Source: an uncultured delta proteobacterium
GTDB taxonomy: Bacteria > Desulfobacterota > BSN033 > UBA1163
NCBI GenBank assembly: GCA_963820625.1
Contig: CAWGAV010000017.1
Coordinates: 32,888 to 96,887, forward strand
Direction of reading: 5' to 3'
DNA: 64,000 nt
Positions 16,742 through 26,588 of the stretch are shown in pieces; the stretch's first letter is position 1; each line of letters starts with the position of its first letter. Position numbers and translations under genes: made by a program. The notes below the pieces were generated by a model. It saw only the letters and a program-made list of their open reading frames with translations, made no database searches and was not told the DNA's origin.

Positions 16742-17639
16742 TAGGAACCTCGGGAGCCTCAGATGGAGGTAAAGGCGTCTTCGGTTTTGGTTTTCTTTGG
16801 CGTGAGCGCCAGCGAGGCTTCTGGGTTTTCCGTTCCTTCAGCTCTTTTGATTCTTTCAATTCCTTAGCCTCAATCTTTCTCTGTTCTTTGCCAAAACCGA
16901 CGATGACGTAGGTCCCACTTCGGGCATCGGTTCTCAGTTGGATGATCCCTTCCTTCTCGGCATCTTCAAGGAGGTCACTGAAGGTGCGGTAGCCATGGTA
17001 GGATTCATTGAAGGAAGGTTTCTTTCGCTTCATCGTTTCTTTCACCATAGAGGACCAGAGCACTTCCTTATTCTCACGGACGAGGGCCACCACCGAGTCC
17101 ACCAGGAGTTGAAAAGCCTCTTTCTTCTTCTCAGGAAGATCCTGTTCGATCTTGGGAGGAATGCCCAGGGGTCGTTCTAAGTCTTCATAGTAAATGAACT
17201 CGTCGCAGTTATCGACTAAAAGGTTGGAACTTGATTCTTTCATCCCAAGGCCGATCACCCGCTTTCCATTCTCTTTCAACTTGGAGACGAGGGGGGAGAA
17301 GTCGCTGTCGCCGGAAACGATGACAAAGGTATCGATATGCTCTTTGGAATAACAGAGGTCGAGAGCATCCACGCAGAGCCGGATGTCTGCAGAGTTCTTT
17401 CCGGTCATCGCACGCTTCGGGATTTCGATCAGTTCAATGGCCGCCTCATGAAGGGGCTTCTTATATTCTGAGTAATCGGCCCAGTCTGCATAGGCCTTCT
17501 TCACAATGAGCTTCCCTTTCTCGACCAGGCGCTCTAAGACCTTCCGAATCTCGAATCGTTTATCCCTCTTGCCCTTAAAACCCAGGGCAAGGTTCTCAAA
17601 ATCGATGAAGACCGCTAAGGTATGCTCCCCTTCAGCCAT
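16713..17639 (-). CDS. NYN (LabA-like) ribonuclease-domain protein with C-terminal OST-HTH/LOTUS domain
   Basis: FIDFENL...IVSGDSDFSPLVSKLKENGKRVIGLG is NYN. The C-terminal lysine-rich tail and the LLVDSVVALVREN region are LOTUS-like. Confidence 0.65.
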   Translation of the reverse strand: MAEGEHTLAVFIDFENLALGFKGKRDKRFEIRKVLERLVEKGKLIVKKAYADWADYSEYKKPLHEAAIELIEIPKRAMTGKNSADIRLCVDALDLCYSKEHIDTFVIVSGDSDFSPLVSKLKENGKRVIGLGMKESSSNLLVDNCDEFIYYEDLERPLGIPPKIEQDLPEKKKEAFQLLVDSVVALVRENKEVLWSSMVKETMKRKKPSFNESYHGYRTFSDLLEDAEKEGIIQLRTDARSGTYVIVGFGKEQRKIEAKELKESKELKERKTQKPRWRSRQRKPKPKTPLPPSEAPEVPNAPETEPIV

Positions 17640-17910
17640 GCTGTTTTCCTCTTCTTGTTCTTTAGAAAATTAAATCATCCATCAAGAAATGTAGGGGAGT
17701 CCCTCTATGGGCTCCCGAATTAGCCGGCCACGCTTGGGCGCCGAAGCACTGCAGCGCGCAGGGACAGAGGACCGCCCCAACAAACTAAAACCATCGTACA
17801 ATTAAAAGATAAATTTGTAAACAGATTTGGAATTCTTAAAAAATTTCAATGAATTCTGTCTCCCCCTTCCGTTCCCTCCCCCTCAAGGGGGATTGGTGAG
17901 GATGAGGGAA

Positions 17911-19116
17911 TCAACTCAGCATCTGGAGAGAATACCCCCTCTCTTCAAACCCTTTTTTAATCTCTCGGATATGGTCTGCACCACGAGTTTCTAAGACCAA
18001 TATCACTTTTGAGAACCCAATGGGAATATCTTTTGCTGCTCGCTCGTGGATGATATGAAGGATGTTGGCGCGGTATTGAGAGACCAGACTCGTCAGTTTT
18101 GCCAGAGCTCCTGGAACATCTCTTAAGAGGATACTCATACGGACGAGCCTTCCTGTTTGGGCAAGGCCTTTCTCAATGATCCGGTCGAGGAGGTGAACAT
18201 CGATGTTTCCTCCGCTGATGACCAGGACGACCTTCTTCAATCTGGTCTTTAATCTTCTTGACAGGAGCGCAGCCAAGGGAGTGGCCCCTGCGCCCTCTGC
18301 CACGATACGTTTTCTCTCCATCAGCGTGAGGATGGCTGAGGCGATTTCATCCTCTTCAACGGTGACGATCTCATCCACTCCCTTTTGGATCAAAGGGAAG
18401 GTGATCTCTCCCACCCTTTGGATAGCAATCCCATCAGCCAATGTAGGTTTTACCTTCACCTCAATAATCTTTTTTCTCTTCAAAGAGTAAAAGGCGGAAG
18501 GGGCATGAATAGACTGGACGCCTATGATCTTCACCTCGGGCCTTCTTCTTTTAACGATTGTAGCAATTCCTGAGATTAAGCCTCCGCCACCCATCGGAAC
18601 GATGATAGCCTCTACTTCGGGAACTTCCTCCAAAATTTCGAGTCCGATCGTTCCCTGACCAGCGATGACCTGTTCATCGTCAAAAGGATGAATAAAGAAT
18701 TTACCACCTTCTGTTAGCTTTTTCGCATAATGGAGGGCCTCATCTGTTTTTTGACCAAAGAGGACCACCTCCCCACCATAGGCTTGAGTAGCCATCTGTT
18801 TGGCAAGGGAGACTCCCTCAGGCATGACAATGGTTGAATGGATTCCCAGGATGGAGGAAGCCAGTGCAACCCCCTGGGCATGGTTTCCTGCGGAGGCGGC
18901 CACCACCCCCCTTTTCTTCATCGAAGGAGTGAACTGGGACAATTTATAGTAGGCCCCTCTGATTTTGAAAGAGCCGGTCTTCTGGAGGTTTTCCAGCTTG
19001 AGAAAGACCTCTTTGCCGGTCAATTTTGAGAGGGTATCGGAATAGACGGTTGGAGTCCGGAGGATTGCTTTTTGAATCTTCCTTTGTGCAACTTCAATTT
19101 CTTTCCAAAGCTTCAT
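17911..19116 (-). CDS. ilvA: Threonine ammonia-lyase (threonine dehydratase) with C-terminal ACT domain
   Basis: SFKIRGA PLP motif, GNHAQGVA, and a C-terminal regulatory domain. Confidence 0.8.
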   Translation of the reverse strand: MKLWKEIEVAQRKIQKAILRTPTVYSDTLSKLTGKEVFLKLENLQKTGSFKIRGAYYKLSQFTPSMKKRGVVAASAGNHAQGVALASSILGIHSTIVMPEGVSLAKQMATQAYGGEVVLFGQKTDEALHYAKKLTEGGKFFIHPFDDEQVIAGQGTIGLEILEEVPEVEAIIVPMGGGGLISGIATIVKRRRPEVKIIGVQSIHAPSAFYSLKRKKIIEVKVKPTLADGIAIQRVGEITFPLIQKGVDEIVTVEEDEIASAILTLMERKRIVAEGAGATPLAALLSRRLKTRLKKVVLVISGGNIDVHLLDRIIEKGLAQTGRLVRMSILLRDVPGALAKLTSLVSQYRANILHIIHERAAKDIPIGFSKVILVLETRGADHIREIKKGFEERGYSLQMLS

Positions 19117-19119
19117 CTT

Positions 19120-19902
19120 TTAATAAACTCCCTTTTTCATGAGATTAATTCGGGGCATTCCCGAAATAGGATTTTGGTCTACCCATACTTCGCAACCATA
19201 CACGCTTTCGATATTTTCTTTGGTGATAACCTCCTCAGGAGTTCCAATTTTATAAATCCTTCCTCCCTGAAGAAGAATGAGCCGATCACAAAATTCAGAG
19301 GCGATGTTCATATCATGAGAGGCCATGATAATGGTCAGACCTCTCTCTCGATTGAGAGTAAGGATGAGATCGAGAAAGTCCATCTGGTGATGAATGTCTA
19401 AGTTGACCGTGGGTTCATCCAGAAGGACGACCTCCGGTTCCTGAGCCAGAGCCCTGGCGATGAAGACCCTCTTCCTTTCTCCGCCGGAGAGTTCGTCCAT
19501 GGGTCTTTCAGAAAACGGAAGGATGTTCGTCCACTCCATCGCCTTTTTTGCAATCTCCAGATCCTTTTCGCTTTCAAACATCAACTGTCCGAGATAAGGA
19601 GACCTTCCCATCAGGACCGTTTCGAGGACACTGAAGGGAAAGAGAAGATGAGCTTCTTGAGCCACCACAGCAATCCTCCTGGCGATATCGGTTCGATCCA
19701 TCTTCTTCATGGGAACGAGTTCGAAGAGAATCTCTCCCTTCTGGGGTGAGAGAAGACGATAAAGGATCTTCAGGAGTGTGGTCTTCCCGGATCCATTGGG
19801 TCCGATCACTCCGACGAACTCTCCCTTCTCCACGCGAAAAGAGACATCCTGAAGCACCCAATCTTCATGATAACGGAAGGAGATGGAATTGACTTCAATC
19901 AT
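19120..19902 (-). CDS. btuD: ABC transporter ATP-binding protein (iron/cobalamin FecE/BtuD type)
   Basis: Walker A GPNGSGKTT, signature LSGGERKR, Walker B LLLDEP. Confidence 0.75.
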   Translation of the reverse strand: MIEVNSISFRYHEDWVLQDVSFRVEKGEFVGVIGPNGSGKTTLLKILYRLLSPQKGEILFELVPMKKMDRTDIARRIAVVAQEAHLLFPFSVLETVLMGRSPYLGQLMFESEKDLEIAKKAMEWTNILPFSERPMDELSGGERKRVFIARALAQEPEVVLLDEPTVNLDIHHQMDFLDLILTLNRERGLTIIMASHDMNIASEFCDRLILLQGGRIYKIGTPEEVITKENIESVYGCEVWVDQNPISGMPRINLMKKGVY

Positions 19903-20936
19903 AATGTTTTGATCACCTTTCTCGTCCTTAACAGGTAAATGAAGAAAGGACCTCCAAAGGCAGCGGTGATCACGCCCACAGGTAATTCAACAGGAGCAAG
20001 CAGAGTCCTTGCAACGGTATCGGAGGCAATGAGAAACGAAGCGCCGAGCAGTGCGGCTGAGGGAATGAGGAGACGGTGGTCGGGGCCGAAGATCAGCCGG
20101 ACAGAATGGGGGATGATCAGACCCACAAAACCGATCAGGCCGCATGCAGAGACCGATGCCGCAGTGATTAAAGAGGCTGAGAGGTAGGAAATCAGTTTCA
20201 ACTTCTCCACATCCACCCCTAGCTGGACAGCATTTTCTTCCCCGGAAAGGATGAGGTTTAAATGGCGGGAGCGGAGGTAGAGAAGAGAGACCCCCAATAA
20301 AATATAAGGAAAGATGATTAGAATCGCCCGAGCGTTAGAGAAACTAAAGTCTCCCATCAACCAGAAGATGATCGTATGAAGTTCTTCTCTCTGGGAAACA
20401 GAGATGAAAAACATGATGAGGGCTGAGAGAAAGGAACCAACGATGACCCCTGCTAACAAAAGCGTATTGGGATGAATCTTCCCCTCCTGTCTTCCAAAAT
20501 AGAAGACGATCATGATGGTCAAGAGAGCTCCTAAGAAGGAAGCCAGAGGAAGGCCAAGTGAAAAGGTGCCAAGCCCCAATAGAATGGCAATAATGGCGCC
20601 CACGGCTGCACCGCTGGAGACTCCGAGAATATAAGGATCGGCCAGAGGATTTCTCAGGAGAGCCTGGAACGTAGCCCCTGAAACAGAAAGGCCTGCTCCC
20701 ACGAACCCTGCGAGAATGGCTCGGGGAAGTCTGAGGGAAAGAATGATCGTCCGCTCCGTCTCACTCCCTGCTCCCTTCAGACCCAGAATGGACTGGAAGA
20801 GAATACGGATCGAACGAAGCGGTGGAACCTTTACACTTCCCATCGTAATGGATACGAGGATGACAAGGATCAAGAGGAGGCTGAGGAGAATGGAGATGGT
20901 GAGAACTTTTTTGAGTGTGATGAGCTTCATTTTCAA
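19899..20936 (-). CDS. btuC: FecCD-family ABC permease (BtuC-like)
   Basis: 345 aa polytopic protein with the FecCD signature region RLPRAILAGFVGAGLSVSG. 4-nt overlap with the ATPase gene. Confidence 0.75.
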   Translation of the reverse strand: MKMKLITLKKVLTISILLSLLLILVILVSITMGSVKVPPLRSIRILFQSILGLKGAGSETERTIILSLRLPRAILAGFVGAGLSVSGATFQALLRNPLADPYILGVSSGAAVGAIIAILLGLGTFSLGLPLASFLGALLTIMIVFYFGRQEGKIHPNTLLLAGVIVGSFLSALIMFFISVSQREELHTIIFWLMGDFSFSNARAILIIFPYILLGVSLLYLRSRHLNLILSGEENAVQLGVDVEKLKLISYLSASLITAASVSACGLIGFVGLIIPHSVRLIFGPDHRLLIPSAALLGASFLIASDTVARTLLAPVELPVGVITAAFGGPFFIYLLRTRKVIKTL

Positions 20937-21037
20937 ATCATTCGTTAATATCGTTAGGATCGTTAAGTTCGTTAGTTTGGTTGAGATCGTTAAACCGTAA
21001 CAAACTCAACGATCGAAACGGTCTAAACGATCTAAAC
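20937..21037 (-). promoter_or_regulatory. Intercistronic region with five direct YTAACGA repeats between btuF and btuC
   Basis: mRNA-sense ...TTAACGATCTCAACCAAACTAACGAACTTAACGATCCTAACGATATTAACGAATGA. Confidence 0.3.
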
Positions 21038-21940
21038 CTATTTTTTAAATTTCTCAGGATGGAGAGCTCTTGCAAGCTCCTCCAATCCATCAATGATTCT
21101 GGGCGATGGCCGATCGAGCAGGTCAGAGTCAATGAGGTGGATGCGGCCATTTTTAACGGCAGGGATGGTCTTCCAACGAGTCCATTCCTGGAGTATCTTT
21201 TGATAATCCCCTTTAGGATTCATCGAGCTGATCACGATCACCTCTGGAGATCTTTTCAGAATCTCCTCCATTCCAAACCGAGGATACACCTCTTTCTCTT
21301 TTCCTGCAATATTTTCACCGCCTGCAAGCCGGATGAGGTCATCTGCAAAACTGCCCCTTCCCACCGTCACAATGGGGATATCTCCGATCTGGATAAAAAC
21401 TTTGGGGCGTGGAAGACCCTTCGTGAGCTCAATCACTCTCTGACTTCTCTTCCTCATCTCTTCGATGATCCGCCTCGCCTCTTTTTCCCGATTCACGACC
21501 TGACCGATATGACCAATGCTTTGGAGGATATCATCGAAATTTTTTGGATAGATGACATAAGTCTGAAAACCCAATTTTTCCAAACGATCTACCATATCCC
21601 GGGTATTTCCTACTCCCGTAGCAATGATCAGGTCAGGCTTGAGGAAGGTGATTTTTTCAAAATCAAGGCTGATATAACTTCCCACTCTGTCTTTGCTCTT
21701 AGCCTTTTCGGGAAAGTTGCAATGAATGGAGACGCCCACGATCTCTTCATCAAGGCCCAGGCTGAATAGAATTTCGGTAATGTTCGGGGCCAGGGAAACA
21801 ATTCTTTTTGGAGGAAAGGGAAAGGTCACTTCTCTTCCCGCTTCATCTTTAAACGTCAGGGTTTTCGAATAGGATACCGATGTCCCAAGGAAGATAACGA
21901 GGGACAACAACAAGAGTGATTTAATGAAATGATTTTTCAT
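21038..21940 (-). CDS. btuF: Periplasmic substrate-binding protein (BtuF/FhuD class, PF01497-like)
   Basis: Start set at MKNHFIKSLLLLSLVIF (signal peptide), overlapping the tonB stop in an ATGA. Typical class III SBP. Confidence 0.7.
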   Translation of the reverse strand: MKNHFIKSLLLLSLVIFLGTSVSYSKTLTFKDEAGREVTFPFPPKRIVSLAPNITEILFSLGLDEEIVGVSIHCNFPEKAKSKDRVGSYISLDFEKITFLKPDLIIATGVGNTRDMVDRLEKLGFQTYVIYPKNFDDILQSIGHIGQVVNREKEARRIIEEMRKRSQRVIELTKGLPRPKVFIQIGDIPIVTVGRGSFADDLIRLAGGENIAGKEKEVYPRFGMEEILKRSPEVIVISSMNPKGDYQKILQEWTRWKTIPAVKNGRIHLIDSDLLDRPSPRIIDGLEELARALHPEKFKK

Positions 21941-22689
21941 TGGAGTTGAAACTTGACGGGAATATTTACCCAAAGTGGAATAGTCTTTTCCCCTTTCTGG
22001 GCAGGAACAAATTTCCACTGTTTCACTGTGGCGAGGGCTGAGCGGTCGAGCAACTCATAACCAGACGAACTTTTTACCTCGATCTGTCCCACCCGACCAT
22101 TCGGAAGGACTTCCACTTTTAAAATAACCTCTCCTTCGTATCCCTTCCGCCTTGCCTCTTGAGGGTAGATGGGCTTGGGATTCTCGGCATATTTGGGCTG
22201 AACAAAGAGGATTTCTCCATCGGAAAGAGACGGATTTTTCATGGCAATTTTTGGTTGTCCGGAGGAGCCTTTTGAAGGAAAAGGATTTCCATAAGATTCT
22301 ATAATTACTTTTTCTTCTTTCTTATCTCCCATTTCCCATTTCTCATTTTCGAGAGTGAGCGCTGAAGGATTACTGGCTGGAATTACTTTCGCCTCAGTCT
22401 GGACAGGAAGAGATTCAGGTTTCTGTTCCTTCTTAATAAGGAGTTCTTCTTTTTTCTCCTTTCGAATCAATACCCTCTCTTCGTTTCTCGTGTTTCTTGC
22501 CTCCTGATTTACATTTTGGGGGTGAGCTTTCGTTTCAGAGATCAAGGGGAGCAATGAGACTTCAATGTTCAGTTTTGGGAGTCCATTGATTCTAAAATCT
22601 GGAAATAAGAGGGACGAAATAGAAAAAAAGAGGAGATGAAGTCCCAACGAAATAGATAAAAAGATTTTCAGGGTCAGCGTTCCATTCAT
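21937..22689 (-). CDS. tonB: TonB-family energy transducer (C-terminal TonB domain)
   Basis: N-terminal TM, Pro/Glu/Lys-rich spacer, and C-terminal YPQEARRKGYEGEVILKVEVLPNGRVGQIEV. Confidence 0.7.
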   Translation of the reverse strand: MNGTLTLKIFLSISLGLHLLFFSISSLLFPDFRINGLPKLNIEVSLLPLISETKAHPQNVNQEARNTRNEERVLIRKEKKEELLIKKEQKPESLPVQTEAKVIPASNPSALTLENEKWEMGDKKEEKVIIESYGNPFPSKGSSGQPKIAMKNPSLSDGEILFVQPKYAENPKPIYPQEARRKGYEGEVILKVEVLPNGRVGQIEVKSSSGYELLDRSALATVKQWKFVPAQKGEKTIPLWVNIPVKFQLQ

Positions 22690-22744
22690 ATCCTAACTAC
22701 CTATTCCTGGAGATCCTGCCTGCCCTGCCTGCCAGCAGCCTGCT

Positions 22745-22790
22745 AAATAAAAAACCCAGCCTTCAAATGAAAGACTGGGTTTTTTTCTAC
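22745..22790 (-). terminator. Riboswitch expression-platform terminator
   Basis: Minus-sense AAACCCAGTCTTTCATTTGAAGGCTGGGTTTTTTATTT: a stem followed by a U-run, about 50 nt upstream of the tonB start. Confidence 0.5.
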
Positions 22791-22889
22791 CTCACCCTTC
22801 ACAGTCTTCCACCGAAGACCTATTGTGAAGCGCGTTCAGGCAGGTTTTCTGGCTTACGGATCATCCTACCGCGGCCTGAAATCTTCCCA

Positions 22890-23050
22890 GTACTTCAAGC
22901 CTCCTTGCCCCTTCCCATCCTTTGACCCTTCGACAAGCTCAGGACTTCGGATAGTGGATCTGGCAAGTTTCGTACCCGATTACAGCGGCGTGGCCGTCCC
23001 CGACTCTCACGGGGTTCCCTTTTCGGCTTCAAGCCACCTGAACACGGATC
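22890..23050 (-). ncRNA. Cobalamin (adenosylcobalamin) riboswitch
   Basis: Minus-sense GGUGGCUUGAAGCCGAAAAGGGAACCCCGUGAGAGUCGGGGACGGCCACGCCGCUGUAAUCGGG....CCACUAUCC....GGAUGGGAAGGGGCAAGG matches the conserved GGGAA-N4-GUG-AGAGUC-N4-...GCxGUAA core and the B12-box/GGGAAGG region. Confidence 0.65.
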
Positions 23051-23113
23051 AATTTTTAATTATCTATTATCACAATTTCTAAGGGGATGTCAAATGATAA
23101 ACAGATCGCAGAA

Positions 23114-24016
23114 TTAATCTCCAGAAAAGAGTGCTTGAAAGACGTACCACGCAATCTGAGGATTTTCTTTAAATCGTCGAATCGAATAAGCATACCATTG
23201 CTGCCCAAAAGGAACATAAACACGCAGCCTATGCCCATCCGCGACGATTTTATCGCGAAGCTTAATCCTCACACCGTAAAGCATCTGAAATTCATAGTCG
23301 GATTTTTGGAGGTTCATCTCTTGAATATATTGATAGGCACCGTCGATCAGAAAATCGTCATGGGTGGCAATGCCGACATAGCACTTTCCGTCGAGAAGCA
23401 TTTTTAAAAGTTTCAGGAAATTTAGGCGGATTTCTTCTTTGCCTTGAAAGGCGATGTCCTCTGGTTCGATATAAGCTCCCTTACAAAGCCTGACATTTGC
23501 CTTCATGGAGATCAGTTTCTGAATGTCTTCTTCACTTCGCCGCATATTGGCCTGGATGACTACCCCCACGTTCTCACACCCCCCGGAGCGAAGCCTTTCA
23601 TATAGTTTCAATGTATCGCTCGTCGTTGATGAATCTTCCATATCGATCCGCACAAAATTGTTGTAACCGGAGGCGACCTCAAGCAAATGCATAACATTTG
23701 AATGGCAGAATTCATCATCTATCTTCAGTCCAAATTGAGTGAGTTTAATTGAGAGATTTGCAACCAGGTGATTTTCATGGATCGAATGAAGAACTTCTTC
23801 GCACTCCCTGACAGCCTCCAGAGATTCCTCACGTGTCGAAACATTCTCGCCGAGGACATCCATCGTTCCCATCATATGCTTCGAATTGATCACCTTTTCA
23901 ACACGGACGGCATCAGCGAGTTCTTCGCCAGCGATGTAGCGCATGGCAAACGGCTTCACCACAGGTCTTGGGAGAAGCTGAATGGCAGATAAGATAAGTT
24001 GATTCGCCAGGTTCAT
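23114..24016 (-). CDS. Proline dehydrogenase (monofunctional PutA-type FAD enzyme)
   Basis: 300 aa TIM-barrel proline dehydrogenase pattern (VGVVIQANMRRSEED, CKGAYIEPEDIAF, RLRVYVPFG). Confidence 0.65.
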   Translation of the reverse strand: MNLANQLILSAIQLLPRPVVKPFAMRYIAGEELADAVRVEKVINSKHMMGTMDVLGENVSTREESLEAVRECEEVLHSIHENHLVANLSIKLTQFGLKIDDEFCHSNVMHLLEVASGYNNFVRIDMEDSSTTSDTLKLYERLRSGGCENVGVVIQANMRRSEEDIQKLISMKANVRLCKGAYIEPEDIAFQGKEEIRLNFLKLLKMLLDGKCYVGIATHDDFLIDGAYQYIQEMNLQKSDYEFQMLYGVRIKLRDKIVADGHRLRVYVPFGQQWYAYSIRRFKENPQIAWYVFQALFSGD

Positions 24017-24029
24017 TTGGAAACAAGTC

Positions 24030-24917
24030 TCACTTTGGAATATTTCTTTTTAAAATCTTCAGAGCCTCTCTTTTCACTTTCATATCAGAGTCATTGATCG
24101 AAGCTTCGATTTCCTCTCTCAATTCGGACAGACTCCCCCCGCCCTCCTCAGCCAGGCTTTTCAAAGCTAATTCTCGAATGCGGTGATCTTTATCTTTGAG
24201 ACACTTTCTGTAAACCTCAAGATGCTCTCGAACTTCGGTAACTGGTCTTAAACAAACCAAGGCATCAAAACGGAGGTCCGGATCTTCATGTTCCAGATAC
24301 TTGAGATAGATACTTGTAACCTCTTCTTGTTTTGAGTAAAAACGCCATAGGTTAAAAAGGATGCATCTCTTCTGTTCTAAAGGACCTTTTTCCAAACGTT
24401 CCAATAGCAAGTTTAAGATCCTATCGTCTCGAAGATTGCATAGTGCATTGACAGCTGTCTGCTGGACTCGAATATCGCTATCATAAAGCCGCTCAATCAG
24501 GGGAATAGCTGCTTGGAAATTTCCTTCCCAGCCCACTGCAAAGGTTGCGTGCAGTCTCAGTTCAGCATCTGGGCTTTCCATGTCTTTTAACAAACGGTCA
24601 ACAAAGGGTTGGGAATTTTTCAAAAAAGGACCAATCACACTTAGTTGAATCGCTGCATGATTCCTGATTTCTTCATTTCCCGATTTATCTGAAAGAATTT
24701 CGTAGAGAGGCCAAGCGACTTCTTCTTTGGCAAAGGTTCCAAGTAATATTATGATCTCAGATTTCAAATCCTTATCAGCATACTTGATGGCCTTAAGAAG
24801 TAAGGGGATGGCCCGATCACTTTCCTGGGAAAATAATTCCAAGGAATCCACATGCTTTCTCGCCTTTTCAAGAATCCGCTCTCTGGGTTCAAATTCGATA
24901 ATGTGATTCTTTTTCAT
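24030..24917 (-). CDS. HEAT-repeat (PBS-lyase type) protein
   Basis: Repeating ~30-aa units containing D/E-x-x-V-R-x-x-A-x-x-A-L. Confidence 0.6.
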   Translation of the reverse strand: MKKNHIIEFEPRERILEKARKHVDSLELFSQESDRAIPLLLKAIKYADKDLKSEIIILLGTFAKEEVAWPLYEILSDKSGNEEIRNHAAIQLSVIGPFLKNSQPFVDRLLKDMESPDAELRLHATFAVGWEGNFQAAIPLIERLYDSDIRVQQTAVNALCNLRDDRILNLLLERLEKGPLEQKRCILFNLWRFYSKQEEVTSIYLKYLEHEDPDLRFDALVCLRPVTEVREHLEVYRKCLKDKDHRIRELALKSLAEEGGGSLSELREEIEASINDSDMKVKREALKILKRNIPK

Positions 24918-24940
24918 ATCTAATTTCTTTTCGTTTCACA

Positions 24941-25216
24941 TTAAGTGAACCTTACTTGAAGACGTTTCCCCAATGCCAAAGCTGCCCGTTTTAATGTGGA
25001 GAGTTTAATGTCCTCTGCGTGATTCTCAATCCTTGAAATGGCAGTCTTTTTGGTTTTAAGCCGACGGGCCAGTTCTTCCTGAGTCAATCCTGCTGACTCG
25101 CGTGCCTGACGAAGCATGACCCCTATCTTGAACTGTTCATATCCTTCTTCAAATCCCTTGGCAAATTCTTTGTCTCTCTTTTTCCTTTCCTTTATATATT
25201 TTTTTAGATCACTCAT
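24941..25216 (-). CDS. XRE-family helix-turn-helix transcriptional regulator (HigA-like)
   Basis: [31 protein letters not shown] is a canonical HTH_XRE. Confidence 0.7.
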   Translation of the reverse strand: MSDLKKYIKERKKRDKEFAKGFEEGYEQFKIGVMLRQARESAGLTQEELARRLKTKKTAISRIENHAEDIKLSTLKRAALALGKRLQVRFT

Positions 25217-25276
25217 TTTATGTTCTCACTTTTAATGAACAATGATAGCCACTTACACGATTTACACAAGAAATAA

Positions 25277-25861
25277 TCAGCGATCACCTTCTAGAAGAAA
25301 TCTACGTCCAGCTTCGGTGATTTCCCAATTTTTTTTGGGGGAATCTGGCTTTAAAAGAGGTGGTTTCATCATAGTCATATCCTTACGTGCCCATTTTGCT
25401 GTGTTTACCCAGCGGAGATCTTTCGGATTGGAGGGCAACGGTTCATAGTCTGCCTCCCTCAAGACACCTTTCATTGCCTTTTCAACTCTATTAAGTACAT
25501 CAATAACATTGGCTTTACCATTCAAGTCAACGAGAGCTTTAAGGATTGGTTGGTAATAAGCCTTAGAGGGTGTCTTTATCCCACGTGGCAACTGCTTTGA
25601 AGGTAATTTTATCCCTCCTGCTTTTTTATTCCTTAACCTCCTACCGGATATGAACCCGTCCCACCTTCTTAATAAGGAGCTAACCTTCTTTCGAAAAGAA
25701 GATAATTGCTCCGCATATTTGAGTTCTTCTTTTACACCGCTGAATTCGCCAATTTTAAAAGATTCCTGGACCTTTTTCTGGATGATGCTAATCTCATCAT
25801 TAAACTCATTCAGTAACATTTCAAAGGCTGCAGAAATATTGTCCGATTTTATCTTCGGCAT
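25277..25861 (-). CDS. Hypothetical protein: N-terminal coiled coil plus C-terminal Mrr_N-like winged-helix domain
   Basis: The C-terminal YYQPILKALVDLNGKANVIDVLNRVEKAM...LRWVNTAKWARKDM...NWEITEAGRRFL follows the Mrr N-terminal wHTH pattern. Lies in the AT-rich island. Confidence 0.4.
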   Translation of the reverse strand: MPKIKSDNISAAFEMLLNEFNDEISIIQKKVQESFKIGEFSGVKEELKYAEQLSSFRKKVSSLLRRWDGFISGRRLRNKKAGGIKLPSKQLPRGIKTPSKAYYQPILKALVDLNGKANVIDVLNRVEKAMKGVLREADYEPLPSNPKDLRWVNTAKWARKDMTMMKPPLLKPDSPKKNWEITEAGRRFLLEGDR

Positions 25862-25922
25862 AATCAGATCTCCTTATTTCTTAATTTATTATATTTTGCC
25901 AACTCCATCTTTACAAAAATTC

Positions 25923-26588
25923 TTACCCAAATAACTCTTCTAAGAATTGTTTAGTATGGTCAAGGGCATTAAACGTTTCTTGGAATCTCACATTTTCCCC
26001 TTTATGTAAAATCTTATTTGCTTTTGTTATTACCTTTTTCGCATTCCAATAGACCGAGTCGTTAATTATTTTTTTCTTTAAAGCCTCCTTTAACACCTCA
26101 CCAGCAGTCCCAAACTTAGACTCCATTTGTGAGCCTATTTTCTTTTTCAGCGCAAGCTCTATAATGCTACGTGATAGAACAACTGCTGCATTAAATTGCT
26201 CAAAAATAAAACAATATCTTGATTCCTTGTAAAGATTTTTTAAATTTTCAGGAATTTTCACCCCTTGTTTTACAAATGGGGGAACCAACTTAAACATATT
26301 ACGCGCCCATACTCCAGGCCAATGTAGACTGCTTTCATAAAACAAACCGATTTGTTCAGAAGAACCTAATCCTTGGAAAAAATCATTGTTAAACTTTATT
26401 AAAAGCTCCATTTTATCTGCCAACTTATTATCAACAAATTCTCTTATATCGACTCTGTCTATTTGGGTTAATAGTTCCGTTAACTCATCGAACTTTTCGT
26501 TAAATTCTTTTTCATACAATTTTTTATCATGAGTACTAAACCAATCAAGCAGCTCGGAAAGTTTTAAGTCTTCATTGTAAGAGTTCAT
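25923..26588 (-). CDS. Hypothetical protein with C-terminal DUF4145-like domain
   Basis: RYCFIFEQFNAAVVLSRSIIELALKKK...TAGEVLKEALKKKIINDSVYWNAKKVITKANKILHKGENV fits the DUF4145 pattern. Lies in the AT-rich island. Confidence 0.4.
   Translation of the reverse strand: MNSYNEDLKLSELLDWFSTHDKKLYEKEFNEKFDELTELLTQIDRVDIREFVDNKLADKMELLIKFNNDFFQGLGSSEQIGLFYESSLHWPGVWARNMFKLVPPFVKQGVKIPENLKNLYKESRYCFIFEQFNAAVVLSRSIIELALKKKIGSQMESKFGTAGEVLKEALKKKIINDSVYWNAKKVITKANKILHKGENVRFQETFNALDHTKQFLEELFG

Noticed and set aside
22825-23082. Plus-strand ORF of 85 aa
   Set aside because: It coincides with the minus-strand cobalamin riboswitch and has no coding features.
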